Shown: piece after piece, positions 11,545 through 23,700 of the stretch
How the letters are laid out: the number at the start of each line of letters is the position of its first letter
How positions within the stretch are numbered: the first letter of the stretch is position 1
From: Octopus vulgaris
Lineage: Eukaryota
Direction of reading: 5' to 3'
DNA: 64,000 bases
NCBI GenBank assembly: GCA_951406725.2
Contig: OX597824.1
Coordinates: 62,062,001 to 62,126,000 of the forward strand
Program-made: the position numbers and the translations under genes
Notes under the pieces: model-generated
The model's input: the letters and a program-made list of their open reading frames with translations, nothing else
The model's database searches: none
Told to the model about the DNA's origin: nothing

Positions 11545-13516
11545 AACCCTGATAATCCGGCTGACTGAAGAGTACTGGAACCGGATCAAGTTGATAGTAC
11601 AGAGTGCATTAGCCGGTTCTATTATTAGCAACAAATGGTGGTATGCCCTCCAAAGAGCCATTAAATTCGAGTCTATGAGATATAGCATAGGTTTAGTGGC
11701 TAGAGAGCGTAAGAGGGAAGAGAAATTAGTTAAGGACTTAGAGGAAGTCATGAAGACTGGCAATGCATCCTAGATGAAGACAAAGAGACTAGAGTTAAAC
11801 AAGCACCTCGACGCGAAACACATGGGGTGCATTAACAGGGCTAGAATGCGTGCAATGAGTTGCGGGGGGATCAGAGCTGCTGGATGACCGCGATTCGTGG
11901 AAGCCCAACGGGGAAACGATTCCATAGATCGATTTTTGGTGATCCCACAAAGTTAGGTGGTAAACGAACCCGAGATGTGTAAGACCTTTCAGGATAACTT
12001 CAGCCAGCTTTTCGTGGTTGTGTTGGTGGGGAGGCGATGGGCCGGATAGTAGGGTGGACCTTATGGGCTTCCTCGCTGTGCTGTCACGCCTCTCATGGCG
12101 GGATGCTGAGTGCTGTGAAGAGCCGATCACAACTGAGGGCCCGGTTAAGTTGCTAGGTGTCTGGTTTGGCTCAGATCCCCAGGTAGACAAGATCTGGGCT
12201 GAATTATCGGGCAAGGTGACTCTAATAGTCAAGACCTAGTTTTGGCGAAGGCTATCCTTGGAAAGGAAGATGGAGGTGGCCAGTGTACTTATAGCATCGG
12301 TCATCACACACCGCCTAACCATCGTTCCCTGTCCAGATTCATGGTTGAGCAAGTTGGAGAAGCAGATCTTCCACTTTTTGTGGAAGGGGTCGACTCCACT
12401 TCTGATGCGTTCTATCTGCTGTCAAAAGCCTGTAGATGGAGGACTAGGAATGCTGTGGCTGTTGATGCGCAAGCATGCGCTGAGGTTGAGGCAACTCTGG
12501 CTTCTCCTGGATGGTGAAGGTGTGTGGTCTCCGCTTGCAAAACAGATGTTTCCAAGGTTCACTAGTTTTCGTGGACGGGAAATCTGGTTTCCTCGAAGAT
12601 CGAGGTTTGGTACTTGGTTCACGGTGTTCCGCAAAGCTCTCCTACCGCCGCTCGGGCAATGTCAACGGTCTTGGTACGACTGCATCTTTTTATAGCAGGT
12701 TGGTAGTGGCTGAACCTGATGATATCCTGAGGGAGACCCTGGGTCTTGATAATAACCAGTTAGATAGTCTGTTCCAACGGACATTCGAGTCAAAGACTCT
12801 GGACAGCTTCCAAATGTCGCTGACCTGGCAGTATTACTGAGGTGTCTTTCCAGTTCGGGATAAGCTCACTAGATACGGCGAAACCGGTGCACCGGCCTGT
12901 CCAGGATGCGAGCAGGATAAGGAAACCGTCCTGTGCCGTATTGTTCAGTGTCTGGAAGTGTGGGCTTATGTGGAACATTTGTTGTCGGATACAAGAAGAG
13001 TATAGCTATCGTCTGAGTCAATTGTAAAAATTGACCCCCGGATTTCTTCACAAAATAGGTAAGAATTGTTTTCTCGTAGTGGTAACAATTGCGAAAGAGG
13101 TGATATGGAAGACGAGAACGAAAGGATTAACGAGAGGGAGCTTCATCTCTGGCCTCGTGTTAGTGAGGTCTTTCCCCCTTTCCTCTGAAAAGGAAAGTGG
13201 GGCTGGAGAGATGTCTTTCAGAGAGAATGCTCAAAGAAAGATGGCCGCGTGTAGCACGAGTGTTGTGCGTGAAAGACACTTCGTGAGTAGGCCATAGGTC
13301 ATACCGAAAGGTTTCGGCAGTAGAAAAGAGCTCGTGGGGTCGGAGCTTTACTCATTTCTCTGCCCCATTTTTCTGTTTATATTCTTTGTATTGTAATTTG
13401 TATCATTATCCGATTTATCATTTTATTGCTGCATAGATTTTGAACCATCATGTTTCCGTCTCACCCCAATCAGGCTGTGCTGTACTATTTTGGCTCCTCG
13501 TGGGCAATAAAGAATT
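11545..13516 (+). mobile_element. Tx1/L1-clade LINE ORF2 relic, RT core deleted, with 3' UTR
   Basis: Frameshifted pieces: KWWYALQRAIK..S..YS..AR (post-APE); PVKLLGVWF...W (RT motif 7); RKMEVA..LIAS...FHFLWKG...QKPVDGGLGM; a Cys-containing C-terminal region. A stem-loop and AATAAA lie at about 13490-13511. Confidence 0.8.
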
Positions 13517-13599
13517 AACTTATTCTTAGTGCAAGTTTGCCTTTGGATTGGTTTATTTCATACGTGAGTGTTGCATTATTGGATTGTTATTGTTGGAAC

Positions 13600-14232
13600 T
13601 ATTCTGTGTTTGTCTTATTTTTTAGTTGTTGTTAGGTTCTGCGTTTGCAGACTTTTCTGAAAATTTTCCCCGTTATTCGAGTGAGGGGGGGTTAATTTAT
13701 TGTTGCCAACAGTGGTAAGTCGTTCAGGCTGGTAGGTGTCTACGCTCCCTACGAGACTATACAGTCTGACTGTTTTACAAACCTAGAACATTTCCTTGAC
13801 ACATTTCACACAATAGTATTATTATTATTGAGTGCCTTCACACAATCTGCGATGCACGCGTAAATTGTCTTGGCTCGAATCTCAGTAGAAGAAATAAACT
13901 ATGCCTCACCGATCTTCTCAGTCGCTGTCAACTGGCAGATCAGTATAGGCTAGAATTTCTGTACGCTCCCGTATGGACATAAAAGAACAGCGACGGATCA
14001 TTTAGATCTTATCTAGATAGGTTTATAGTTAGACGTAAAGAATATAGATAGTTGTCCATAATTTCACTATGTCAGCTACAGCGATCACAAACTTGTGTCC
14101 TGTACGCTTGTCTTAGATAGGATATGTAGACAAGGACCCGGCTACTGTAAACTCAACAGGTCTCCTTTGACCTGTGAGTAGTACGGGAGCCGTATTTGTC
14201 AGCTAGTGAAGAGGTCACTGACAGGCACCATT
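13600..14232 (+). pseudogene. Second Tx1-type LINE fragment, APE endonuclease C-terminal half
   Basis: Reads FRLVGVYAP, RSYLDRFIV, SDHKLV and GPGY(C)KLN, typical L1/Tx1 endonuclease motifs. Interrupted by stops. Confidence 0.75.
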
Positions 14233-14250
14233 ATATATATAATTATTATA

Positions 14251-14481
14251 ATAACAATATTAGGGAGTAAATCCAAACTTACAGGGTCAAATTAGATTTA
14301 GAATTTAGAATTAAATCTAATTTTACAGTATAAATATATATATATTAAATTAGAGATAAAACCACTATTAGGCAAATCAAACAGTGAAAACCATAAACCA
14401 AAACATAGAAATAAAATTAATTAATATGACATATAAAATATATGATTTGCCTAATAGTGGTTTTATCTCTAATTTAATATA
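14251..14481 (-). mobile_element. Short fold-back PLE-derived element in (TA)n (same family as 41119-41632)
   Basis: Tail 14251-14340 matches the reverse complement of 41556-41630. Arm 14341-14379 is inverted at 14443-14481. TA-rich flanks. Confidence 0.75.
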
Positions 14482-14505
14482 TATATATATATACATATAA
14501 ATGTA

Positions 14506-14583
<78 letters not shown>

Positions 14584-15167
14584 TGTTTATATATATATAT
14601 ATATATTTATTTATTTATTTATTTATTTATTACCTTACTTCCTTGGATATTGCACTATTATATCACTGCATCAACATTATACTGCTTTTTGCATTCTTAC
14701 TGCTTTACTTGTCTTTCTACCACGGCTCCATTTCTCTCTCTATAAACCCCTCTCTGTGTCATGTAATCCTACCTTACACTCCCTAACTTTAACCTCTTCC
14801 TGTTATGATTTATAATTTATCATGTTAAATTTAACACCTTATAACCCTGTTGTCACTGCGGTTGCAAAATAGAACAAATTACGCTTTCCCTGCGAACAAT
14901 AGCAAAACTCATACAACAAAGATTACTAAAAACCCCTTTAAGGATATCAACGTCAACTACGACGGCAATCACTTTCCCAAGTGGATTTAAATATGCATGC
15001 ATTTATGTAGATATGCACGTATGTATGTATGTATGTATGTATGTATGTATGTATGTATGTATGTATGTATGTATGTATGTATGTATGTATGTATGTTTGC
15101 ACGTATGTATGCATACATGTATGTATATAGCCGTAATTTATATGTATCGATCTATACATATACATGC

Positions 15168-15210
<43 letters not shown>

Positions 15211-15263
15211 GTTAGACACACTCCCACAGGCAACACTGGTACACATACAGACATGCACATATA

Positions 15264-15302
<39 letters not shown>

Positions 15303-16336
15303 ACTCACATACGCACACACAGGCACGCATACATCGTACACACACACACACACACACACACATATAATGTCTGCATATTCATTAGAATATCCAAAGATTA
15401 CATGACGTCGTTAAATTGATATGGCTTCTTATAGAAACAAATTTGATTTACTTATAAATATAGGAGATGTCTTTCTATATTAGTTTGAGAACGATAAATG
15501 ATCTACTCCCTTCCTGCTTAATTTGTGTTCGTTAAGGAAGCCTGCCAACAATAATGATACATTCAGCTGTTCTTGTTTGAGGAAATGTGCGCGAATATAT
15601 CTCTTGATGTTTATGCGGCTTCAGGGTTTTCTATGATTCTTTTGAGTTATGTATTTTATATGAGTTTATGGATTTAGCAAGGGGATATGAATTGTGGTGT
15701 GGTTGTTGAAATATCTTACATTACGTAATTAAGCAGAGAATTTTAAAATGTAATACAGAACAGCTAAACGATGATATAAGATGAAAATATAGCATGATTC
15801 ATTTATTAGGTCTTACACGCTAGAGTGAACAATAATTCGGAGGTCGTCTAACTTTTAAATCTCTTGATAAAATTGTTACTGGATTGTTAGTTGCATATAA
15901 CGAGGAAAAAGTTTGCACTATAAATTGCATACAGAAAATAATGGAGTTGTGATTACCACCGTGTGGTTGGTGTATTGAATCAGATATTCAGAATCAACTT
16001 TTGTATATATAATCATGTAGGTAAATTTAGAACACTCCTTTATCGACATGGCTTCGTACAATTTTCTTGAAAAGGAATTAGAAATTATTTATAATGGAAT
16101 AATTAACATTGGGATTTAAGTTTGTTTATTCCAGTAATGTTAGAAATTAAACACCATACATATTATATAGCCATAGAAGCCATAATGCCTGGCATCCGTT
16201 TATCTTCTGTCCATCTTTAGATATCTTACACTTACTATTTACCAGTTGCTTAATATAACTTCCTAAAATTCATATATTTGATAATCGTTTGCCATTTATC
16301 TAGTATATATAATTAGAGGAAATGATTTTTAAAAAT

Positions 16337-17047
16337 CTGTTGTGTCTGGGGAGAGTCATTTTCTTTTTGTGCCTTATAATGTAACACACTCACCGGTAAA
16401 ATTCCCACTTATTTCTTATTTTTATTTTCCTAAAATTTTCGTTGCGTCTTGCAAACTTTTCAATAGTCTTGACTCCGTCTGTTATTTACACTGCGTTCCT
16501 TTTTGTTTGTTTGTGCGCATGTGTGTTGGGTCAGTGTGTCTGTGTGTGTGCTTATGCATTCATGTATGTTTGTATATGTGTATATATGTATGCACCTCTA
16601 TCTCCTTGCGTGTGCATGTCTGTGTGTGTGTTATGTAACTATGTACCATGTTTGTATGTATTTATGGATGTGAATCTCTATATGTGCGGATCCGTGTCTC
16701 CATATGTGTCCTTCTCTGGAGTAAAGTGTGTGTGTATATATATGGCCATGTGTGCCAGTCTCCATTTGCGTATGTGTGCTTGTCTGTTCGTATGTATGTG
16801 TACATATACACATACATACGTACATGCATGCATGCATAGGCACACACAGACTGACCCACGCATATGCACGCAAACAAAAAAATGGAACGCAGTGTAAATA
16901 ACGGACAGAGTCAAGACTATTGAAAAGGTTGCAAGATGCAACGAAAATTTTAGGAAAGTAAAAATAAGAAAATAAGTGGAAATTTTACCGGTGAGTGTGT
17001 TACATTATAAGGCACAAAAAGAAAATGACTCTCTCCAGACACAACAG
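16337..17047. mobile_element. MITE with ~250-bp terminal inverted repeats
   Basis: CTGTTGTGTCTGGGGAGAGTCATTTTC... is mirrored by ...GAAAATGACTCTCTCCAGACACAACAG. Flanked by AAT/AAT. The core is degenerate (TG/CA) microsatellite. Confidence 0.85.
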
Positions 17048-19169
17048 AATATGCTTCAACACACGAACTCATATAAAGAATCTTGCAAACCAAATCCAAA
17101 ATCGAAATATTTTTGAAACTCCTTTTCAGTGTAAAACTAGAGAACATGTTTTAGTATTAAACTTCTGGAATATGTCAGAGTATTAAGATCTTGGCTTTAG
17201 AAAGATGTATATATATATGAAGAATTATTAGCTTCCCGGCGGCCAGTGATATAGTTTATTGTGTTAGAATTCTAAAAGCCGAAACCATCTATGTTTGATG
17301 AATTCTGTTTCGTAGCTCAATGTCATATATTTGTTTATGAGTTTATTTGATCTCAGTAGTATTCAGAATTCACAGATTTTTAGAAGTAAGCCAATAAATA
17401 GTCTCTCGGTAATTAAACAGAGATTTTCGAAAAAAAAAGCCAGGAAACTATCATTGAGTATTTTTCTTTGCAATATCTTCGATATAGCTTCTTTTCTATT
17501 TTTATATAAGTTAGTTGAAGAAAGGAAATGTCTCTAACTTGTTCAAGACCTCTCAACTCAAACTGGTGGCAATTGCTGTAATTGATATTCTGTGAATATA
17601 TTTACTTCAATGTCTGTAGAGCAATTGTTTCTAACACAAGAACAAAGTTTCAGATCGTAGTAGGGCCGCGGATGGTAGTTATTCAGTTATATCAACTCCA
17701 GCTGCCCTTGACTTGAATATTATTTCGTCGACCCAGAACAATGAAAATTAAGGTTGATTTCAAGGGGTTATGGACTCAGATAATAAAAAAGGTGGAACAT
17801 ATACAGTAGATCACTTTGTTCAGTGCTTTAAACATGTAGCCAAGCCTGTAGATTATTAGAATTGAAATAGTCTTCATACATCTCTTCAAGTCGTGACACC
17901 CTTTAAAATGTATATGCTCCTGCAGCATTTGTTAAACAGTTTAACTGCGAGCTTCCTTGCTACGCTGCGCTGGGGGAACATCTATAGAATAATTTTACCT
18001 CTGGTTCATATGAAAATGAGAAATGAGGAGATACCCTGGAAATTTTGCAACATATAGATCTATACGTGTGGTTTGTCAAATGTAATTCTCGCATATTATA
18101 CTTTTATATCTCTGCATCAACGTTATACTGATTTTTGATTTCTTACTGCATTACTTCTTATCTTTCTATCCCGGCTACATTTCTCTCTGTAGTCTCTAAT
18201 GGTAGATACTCTTAAAAATCATGAGTACAGCTTTTTCGCCGCTCCCAATGTCATAAAACAGTGAGTCTTATAGAGTGGCCAGTCAATGTGGCAAAGCATC
18301 TATTTATGGAAATTGAGTGCAGTGTCTTGCATTTGAATATAATTGGGGAGGATTAGATAGGAAGAGAGAAGAATGATTGTGGATGATACGAACTATTTCG
18401 ATGTCATTTGTCAATACTGGTGAGACTTATAAGTTTATTTGGCTGATATCATCGGGGGAGCTATATATTTGGTTAAACAGTTTAGGTAGTTTTGGCTATA
18501 TAGAGAAAGGTCATACAGATTCTTTTGCACTGTGGAATTGTGAGTTAGATGCACAAAACATATTTTAGCACTAACTCAAGAGATGATATTTACAGAATCC
18601 TCTTGTCTGGAAAGTTTGATGAAGATTTGTTTAAGGTTAGGTTAGAAAACTTATTGGTAAAATACAAGAACGTTAAGTTACAATTTGTAATACTCATAAA
18701 GTTATTTGCTTCCCTAAAGAAACAAGTTTGCAGGTGTTGCAATATTGTTGGAACATCTAATCGTATTTTGGCAGTTATTTCACGGATATCGTAATTTGTG
18801 CTATTCGACTTTGCATGATACTTGGCAGACACTACTGAACTCAGAATGTGACCAACACGTTTAAATGTGCGAGGGAATCATCAAGTTATTTTGTATGTGT
18901 CACCGTCTTTGACGTCCCGAATTCGTTAAAAATTATTGCTGTCCAAGTTTAGTTATTTTACACAAAACTCCAAAGAATTTGGTGCAAAATCATAGATGTC
19001 CGTCTGTTATCAAACCAGTTGACAAAAGAAGTTTGCCGAATATGAAATTTTATGAACAATGATGAAATATTTTTGTTACTTATTTCGCAACCATCTGTAG
19101 TGGGATTGTGTGTCTAAAATGTCTTAGCAATATCGATGAATACATACATACATACATACATACATACAT

Positions 19170-20068
19170 GATGATTGCCAAATAAATTTCGAGTAGAGCC
19201 ATTCACTGATTTTTTATGCCCTAGAATATCATCGATGAGGTGCACGAATATGGCTGTTGGAGCCTTTCAAAGACTTGCATGATTTTTGACAATTAGTGCA
19301 AGAAAACTTGGTGATTGTATAGTTTACAGCTTCATGAACTTTACTATGCCTTTTCAAGATACTTTTTGATCTGCATACTTTATGACCGAGTATGCATTCG
19401 AAATCATCTGTCCATCTGTAATCAATGTGCGTTTGTGCAATGTGTGATTTCATATGGCTCTTTAGCCCAGCCTTGCTAAGACAAATCTTTCCAAATTTAT
19501 CACATGTAGAGATCATCACGTTCATTAATGCTTGTTACAACATCATTCCTGTCACTTTTCGAATCTTTCATTTGATCCTTGCATGCTCCATTCTCTTCCT
19601 TTCAAATTCCTTTTTGCATTCATACACAACATTTAACCATTTTTCTCAGCAATGCACTAAATCTTTCCAGTTGTCAATTGGAACATTTATCTTATTCAGT
19701 CCCGACTTCAGACAATCTTTGTACGTCATCTTTGGTTTGTGGAACGGACGCTTACGTGTCACCTATTCTCCGTAAAAATGTTGCTTAGGCATCCTGTTGG
19801 TTGTCTGTCATTCTAAGAGTCCACTCTATCTCAATCTGAACTGCGATGGCAATCTTCAGTACTGAAGCGTTTCTCTCTTTCAAGCACCACATCGTCACTC
19901 ACAAATATTTTCCAGCTGAGCCTCAAAATCCTTCTGAGACATTGATGAAAACGTTCCATAAGTTTTAAGTCTTACGATACACAGTCCGTGTTTCGCAAAC
20001 ATACAATAAACAGATTCACATACATGTATTGTATACCTTAAACATTTATCTTACTACGGATTTTTCAG
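19170..20068 (-). mobile_element. RTE-clade LINE 3' portion with three C-terminal C2H2-like fingers
   Basis: Minus strand reads LLYVCETRTVYR...ERFHQCLRRIL.LSW...MPKQ.FYGE. ORF 19229-19525 contains C..C.SKAGLKSHMKSH, C...VC.SK.ILKRHSKVH and CTNCQKSCKSLKGSNSHIRAPH. Abuts (TACA)n. Confidence 0.8.
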
Positions 20069-20786
20069 TCGAAATGCCTTGTGGGAGATCTTGAGGAGAC
20101 TTGGATGCCGAATAAAGATTTTCACTATTCTGAATTATTTTCATGATGGCATGGAAGTAAAGATCAACATTGGTGGAAAGCTCGGGGGGGGGACTATCTC
20201 CGTTATGAATAGGGTGAAAGAAGGAGACATACTAGCACCCACTCTCTTTACCCTCTATTTTACTATAGTTTTTCAAATGAATTCCAAAGGCTCCTATGTA
20301 GGCATACATATCAGAATCGCGCAACAGGAAAAAATCTTTAACATCAGAAGACTGTCGGCTAAGTCAATGACGTCATCAACTGTTATCAGAGGCCTCCTCT
20401 ATGCAGGTGATTGTGATATTGTTACCCATACAAATCAGGACATGCAAAATCTTATGAATGCAATTTCAACGACTTGTAAGGCACTGAGTTTAACCATAAA
20501 TCTAACTAAAATTGTTTTATTTCAGCCAGCACCAGGAATGCCATACACAGAACCTGCTATCTTCGTGTATGGAAGAACACTAGGGAGCACACTATACACA
20601 TCAGCGAATCTTGATGATGTAGTGTCACTACACATTCAGAAAGTCACTTTGCTTTTGGCAGACTGCAAAACAGCCTATCGTATAGACGTAGTATTTCCAC
20701 TGCGACAAAGATTAAGGCATACAATACATATACTTTAACTTCTTTATTGTATGCCTGCGAAACCTGAACTGCGTATCGTAAACATA
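20069..20786 (+). pseudogene. RTE-clade RT core, inverted relative to the adjacent 3' part
   Basis: LWEILRRLGC...FHDGM...VKEGDILAPTLF...LLYAGDC (YADD equivalent)...LTINLTK, ending in LLYACET*TAYRKH. Confidence 0.85.
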
Positions 20787-23700
20787 TACATCCATCCATC
20801 CATCCATACATACATACATACATACATACATACATACATACATACATACACACAAGTGCCCAAGCACACGCGTGCACACAGAACATAGAGTAGACTATTT
20901 TGTTAAAGATTTCGAACGCCAATGAACAAATTGTAAGAAGACAATTGACCATTCCTTGTTAGTGGCTTCAATTCACTTTTAAATAAAATATACTTTCTTT
21001 GAAACAAAAGAATATTACCCTTCCAGAATATCGCCCACCTCATTTATCTGCTTAAATAATACTTTGCTATGAAAAACTATTTCCAGTCGCATTAGTTTTG
21101 ATTTGAATAGGCACAAAGGACCCATATATAAGGGTATTATAAATTGATATTTGGACCGATTTATGTTAGGAATGAGAACAAAATATATTGTCAAACTTCG
21201 AAAGGAAATTACCTCTTCGACTGAATTCCCAGGAAGCTACATCATATTTTGTGGCTTTCAAGTGAACTCGTTAACTTCATTTTTTTATTTATTTAGTAGC
21301 ATTCACAACCGTCCTAATATCACCTCGAGTATCGAAGATTCAATTATATCTTCGATACTCTTCATTTTCTTCCTTACCAATCATCTTCTATTTCTGACAT
21401 CTATAACTTGGCAGATAATTCACATTTTAATTCCCACTTATAATTTCGCTTTAAGGTAGCGTGCATCTACAACTTCGAAGCCTATCTCCAGGATTTTACA
21501 GCATTAGCGAATAAGACCTACAAAAAATACCCCGCGTAATAGACGCAGAATATTTACAGTTCTAACACTATTGTTACACTTACCAAACAAAATCTTTCAA
21601 CGTGGCCCTTTTCTTGTTCGACTCAGAATGTGACACTCCAAAAAAAAAAAAAAAACTCATGGAAATGACCAGCCTCAAAATACTTTATTAGTAGTCAAAC
21701 TCTGATATCTGACATAGTTGTAATCGTCCCATTGTTACTGATTTACGCGTGTGTTTGTGTGTATTTCTGTGTCTGCGCGCGCGTGTGTGGACATATAATT
21801 ATGTTAGTGATTCATTACAAATCATAAATTCGATTACCACTGGGTTTTATATCAGATGAATTGGGTACAATAATTATACAAACAAGCATTCTTGGATTGC
21901 ATCAAAGACAAATAATTATATATTTTAAAATATACAGTACAATACAAAATATACAATACTATACAAAACCTGAACTTACAGTTCTTGCTGCATTTAACTG
22001 ACAACATTTTAACTACCCTAATTTTATTTGTAAGTAGAATTATCTTTATTATCTTCGGCATCATTACCGTTTCTCATTTTCAAAATCTTCGTAGACATCA
22101 TTAGCAATTATTTATTAACGGTTTGCAGGTCTTTAAACTCCTACGCTACTTTTAATCTTATTAACGTCATCACTTCCCGGCACTGGAATGGCCAGCAAGC
22201 GTGATGCACTCCTCCCCAGTAACATATTTGTGCAGACTTTCTAATTGTGTCAAATTGTATATCTTGTACATTAATATAAACGTACTATATCAATTGATGT
22301 GTACCTTTCTTTGAAATCTCTCTGTTACATAAAATGAAAATATCTGGATGTACACCGTCACCACAACCATCACCAGCAAAAGATCAGTAACAGTGCTGAC
22401 AGTTCGTATTATGGTATACGCATGGCATTGCCTTCTTAATATCACAATGATCGAACGAAGAATGGAAAATCTGATTCATTGTCTTGCAATGATATAGACA
22501 GTTACACCACTTGAACCTGGTGAAAGTTATGAAGTGTCTTGTTTCAAGTTTGCTTAATGCGATAGAAGTAAGATGCAACTTTTAAATAGAAAATTTGATT
22601 TGGAAAGGGAATTAGCTTTGCTATAAAATAGAAATAATGTGATCTAGAGTAAAAAAAAATTAAGTGCAACTATTGCGCAGGAAACTGGTTCAAGATGCTG
22701 ATGAATGCTGTTGATTAAACCACTTGTCCCTCAGATACTCAACTTCAATAATTGAAATTCTAATTGAATGTCATTTTGCTTTATTGACCAAGGACGGCAT
22801 CAAATATATATTTGTGCTCTTCACCTAAGAAGATAAATATATTGGCAGTGATGGACTCGGAATATATTATTGGGGCTCAAAAGTTTACTATGTGATTTGC
22901 ATATGTAGAGGAAGCAATTGAGTGAAGTTTGTTTAACACAGCTTAGCATGAAATACAAAGTTTTATATTTTCTTAAAATCTCACAGAAATGATATGACGT
23001 CTAAGACTGGTTAAACATAGTTTTATCGTAAAAACTGAAACATCATTGTGTATTATAAATGATTTAGATATCAAAGGTATTTAAGTTTTTTTTCGAGTTG
23101 AGAATAATCCCTACACATTTTATATGACAAAATATTCCCTGGACATACCAATCACATTTTTCCATATACGGTCAAATGAAACTTCACACAGACTCCTTCA
23201 TTAGTAAATGCAAGAAGGCCTAGAGAGAATATGTATCTGAGATTCGTCAGATCAAATCATGTAAGACAAAATACTGAAACATTTTACTCTCTTCTTCTCT
23301 TGCCCAACCAACTTACATATACAAGTACTTTTTCCTTACAAATATGATTTCTGGTTTTACTTCATGTATTATGGTTTGGTAGCTTGTAATTCTGAGTTCA
23401 AATGTTCTATAGGTTGGGAGAGAGATCCGTAAACTTTCATTGAGAAAATTCTGATCGTACTACGCCTCCTGAGTCAGGTGTCACACATGTCGATAAGAAT
23501 TACTTTATTGTGTGCTATAGAACGGATTATTCTTCATTATAAACTGCATGCCAGTTTAACAGGATATATATCTAAACAAATCTGATTTCTCCATCGTGCC
23601 TGGCATACAAATGTTAATCTCTGCGTGGTAATATGAATATTTTCGTATAAATCATACAAAATAGATAAGTTTATAAAGCTAACAGAAAATAAATCAAATA

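Noticed and set aside
18200-18900. Short ORFs in complex sequence, possible exon or TE relic
   Set aside because: No recognisable motif in any frame.
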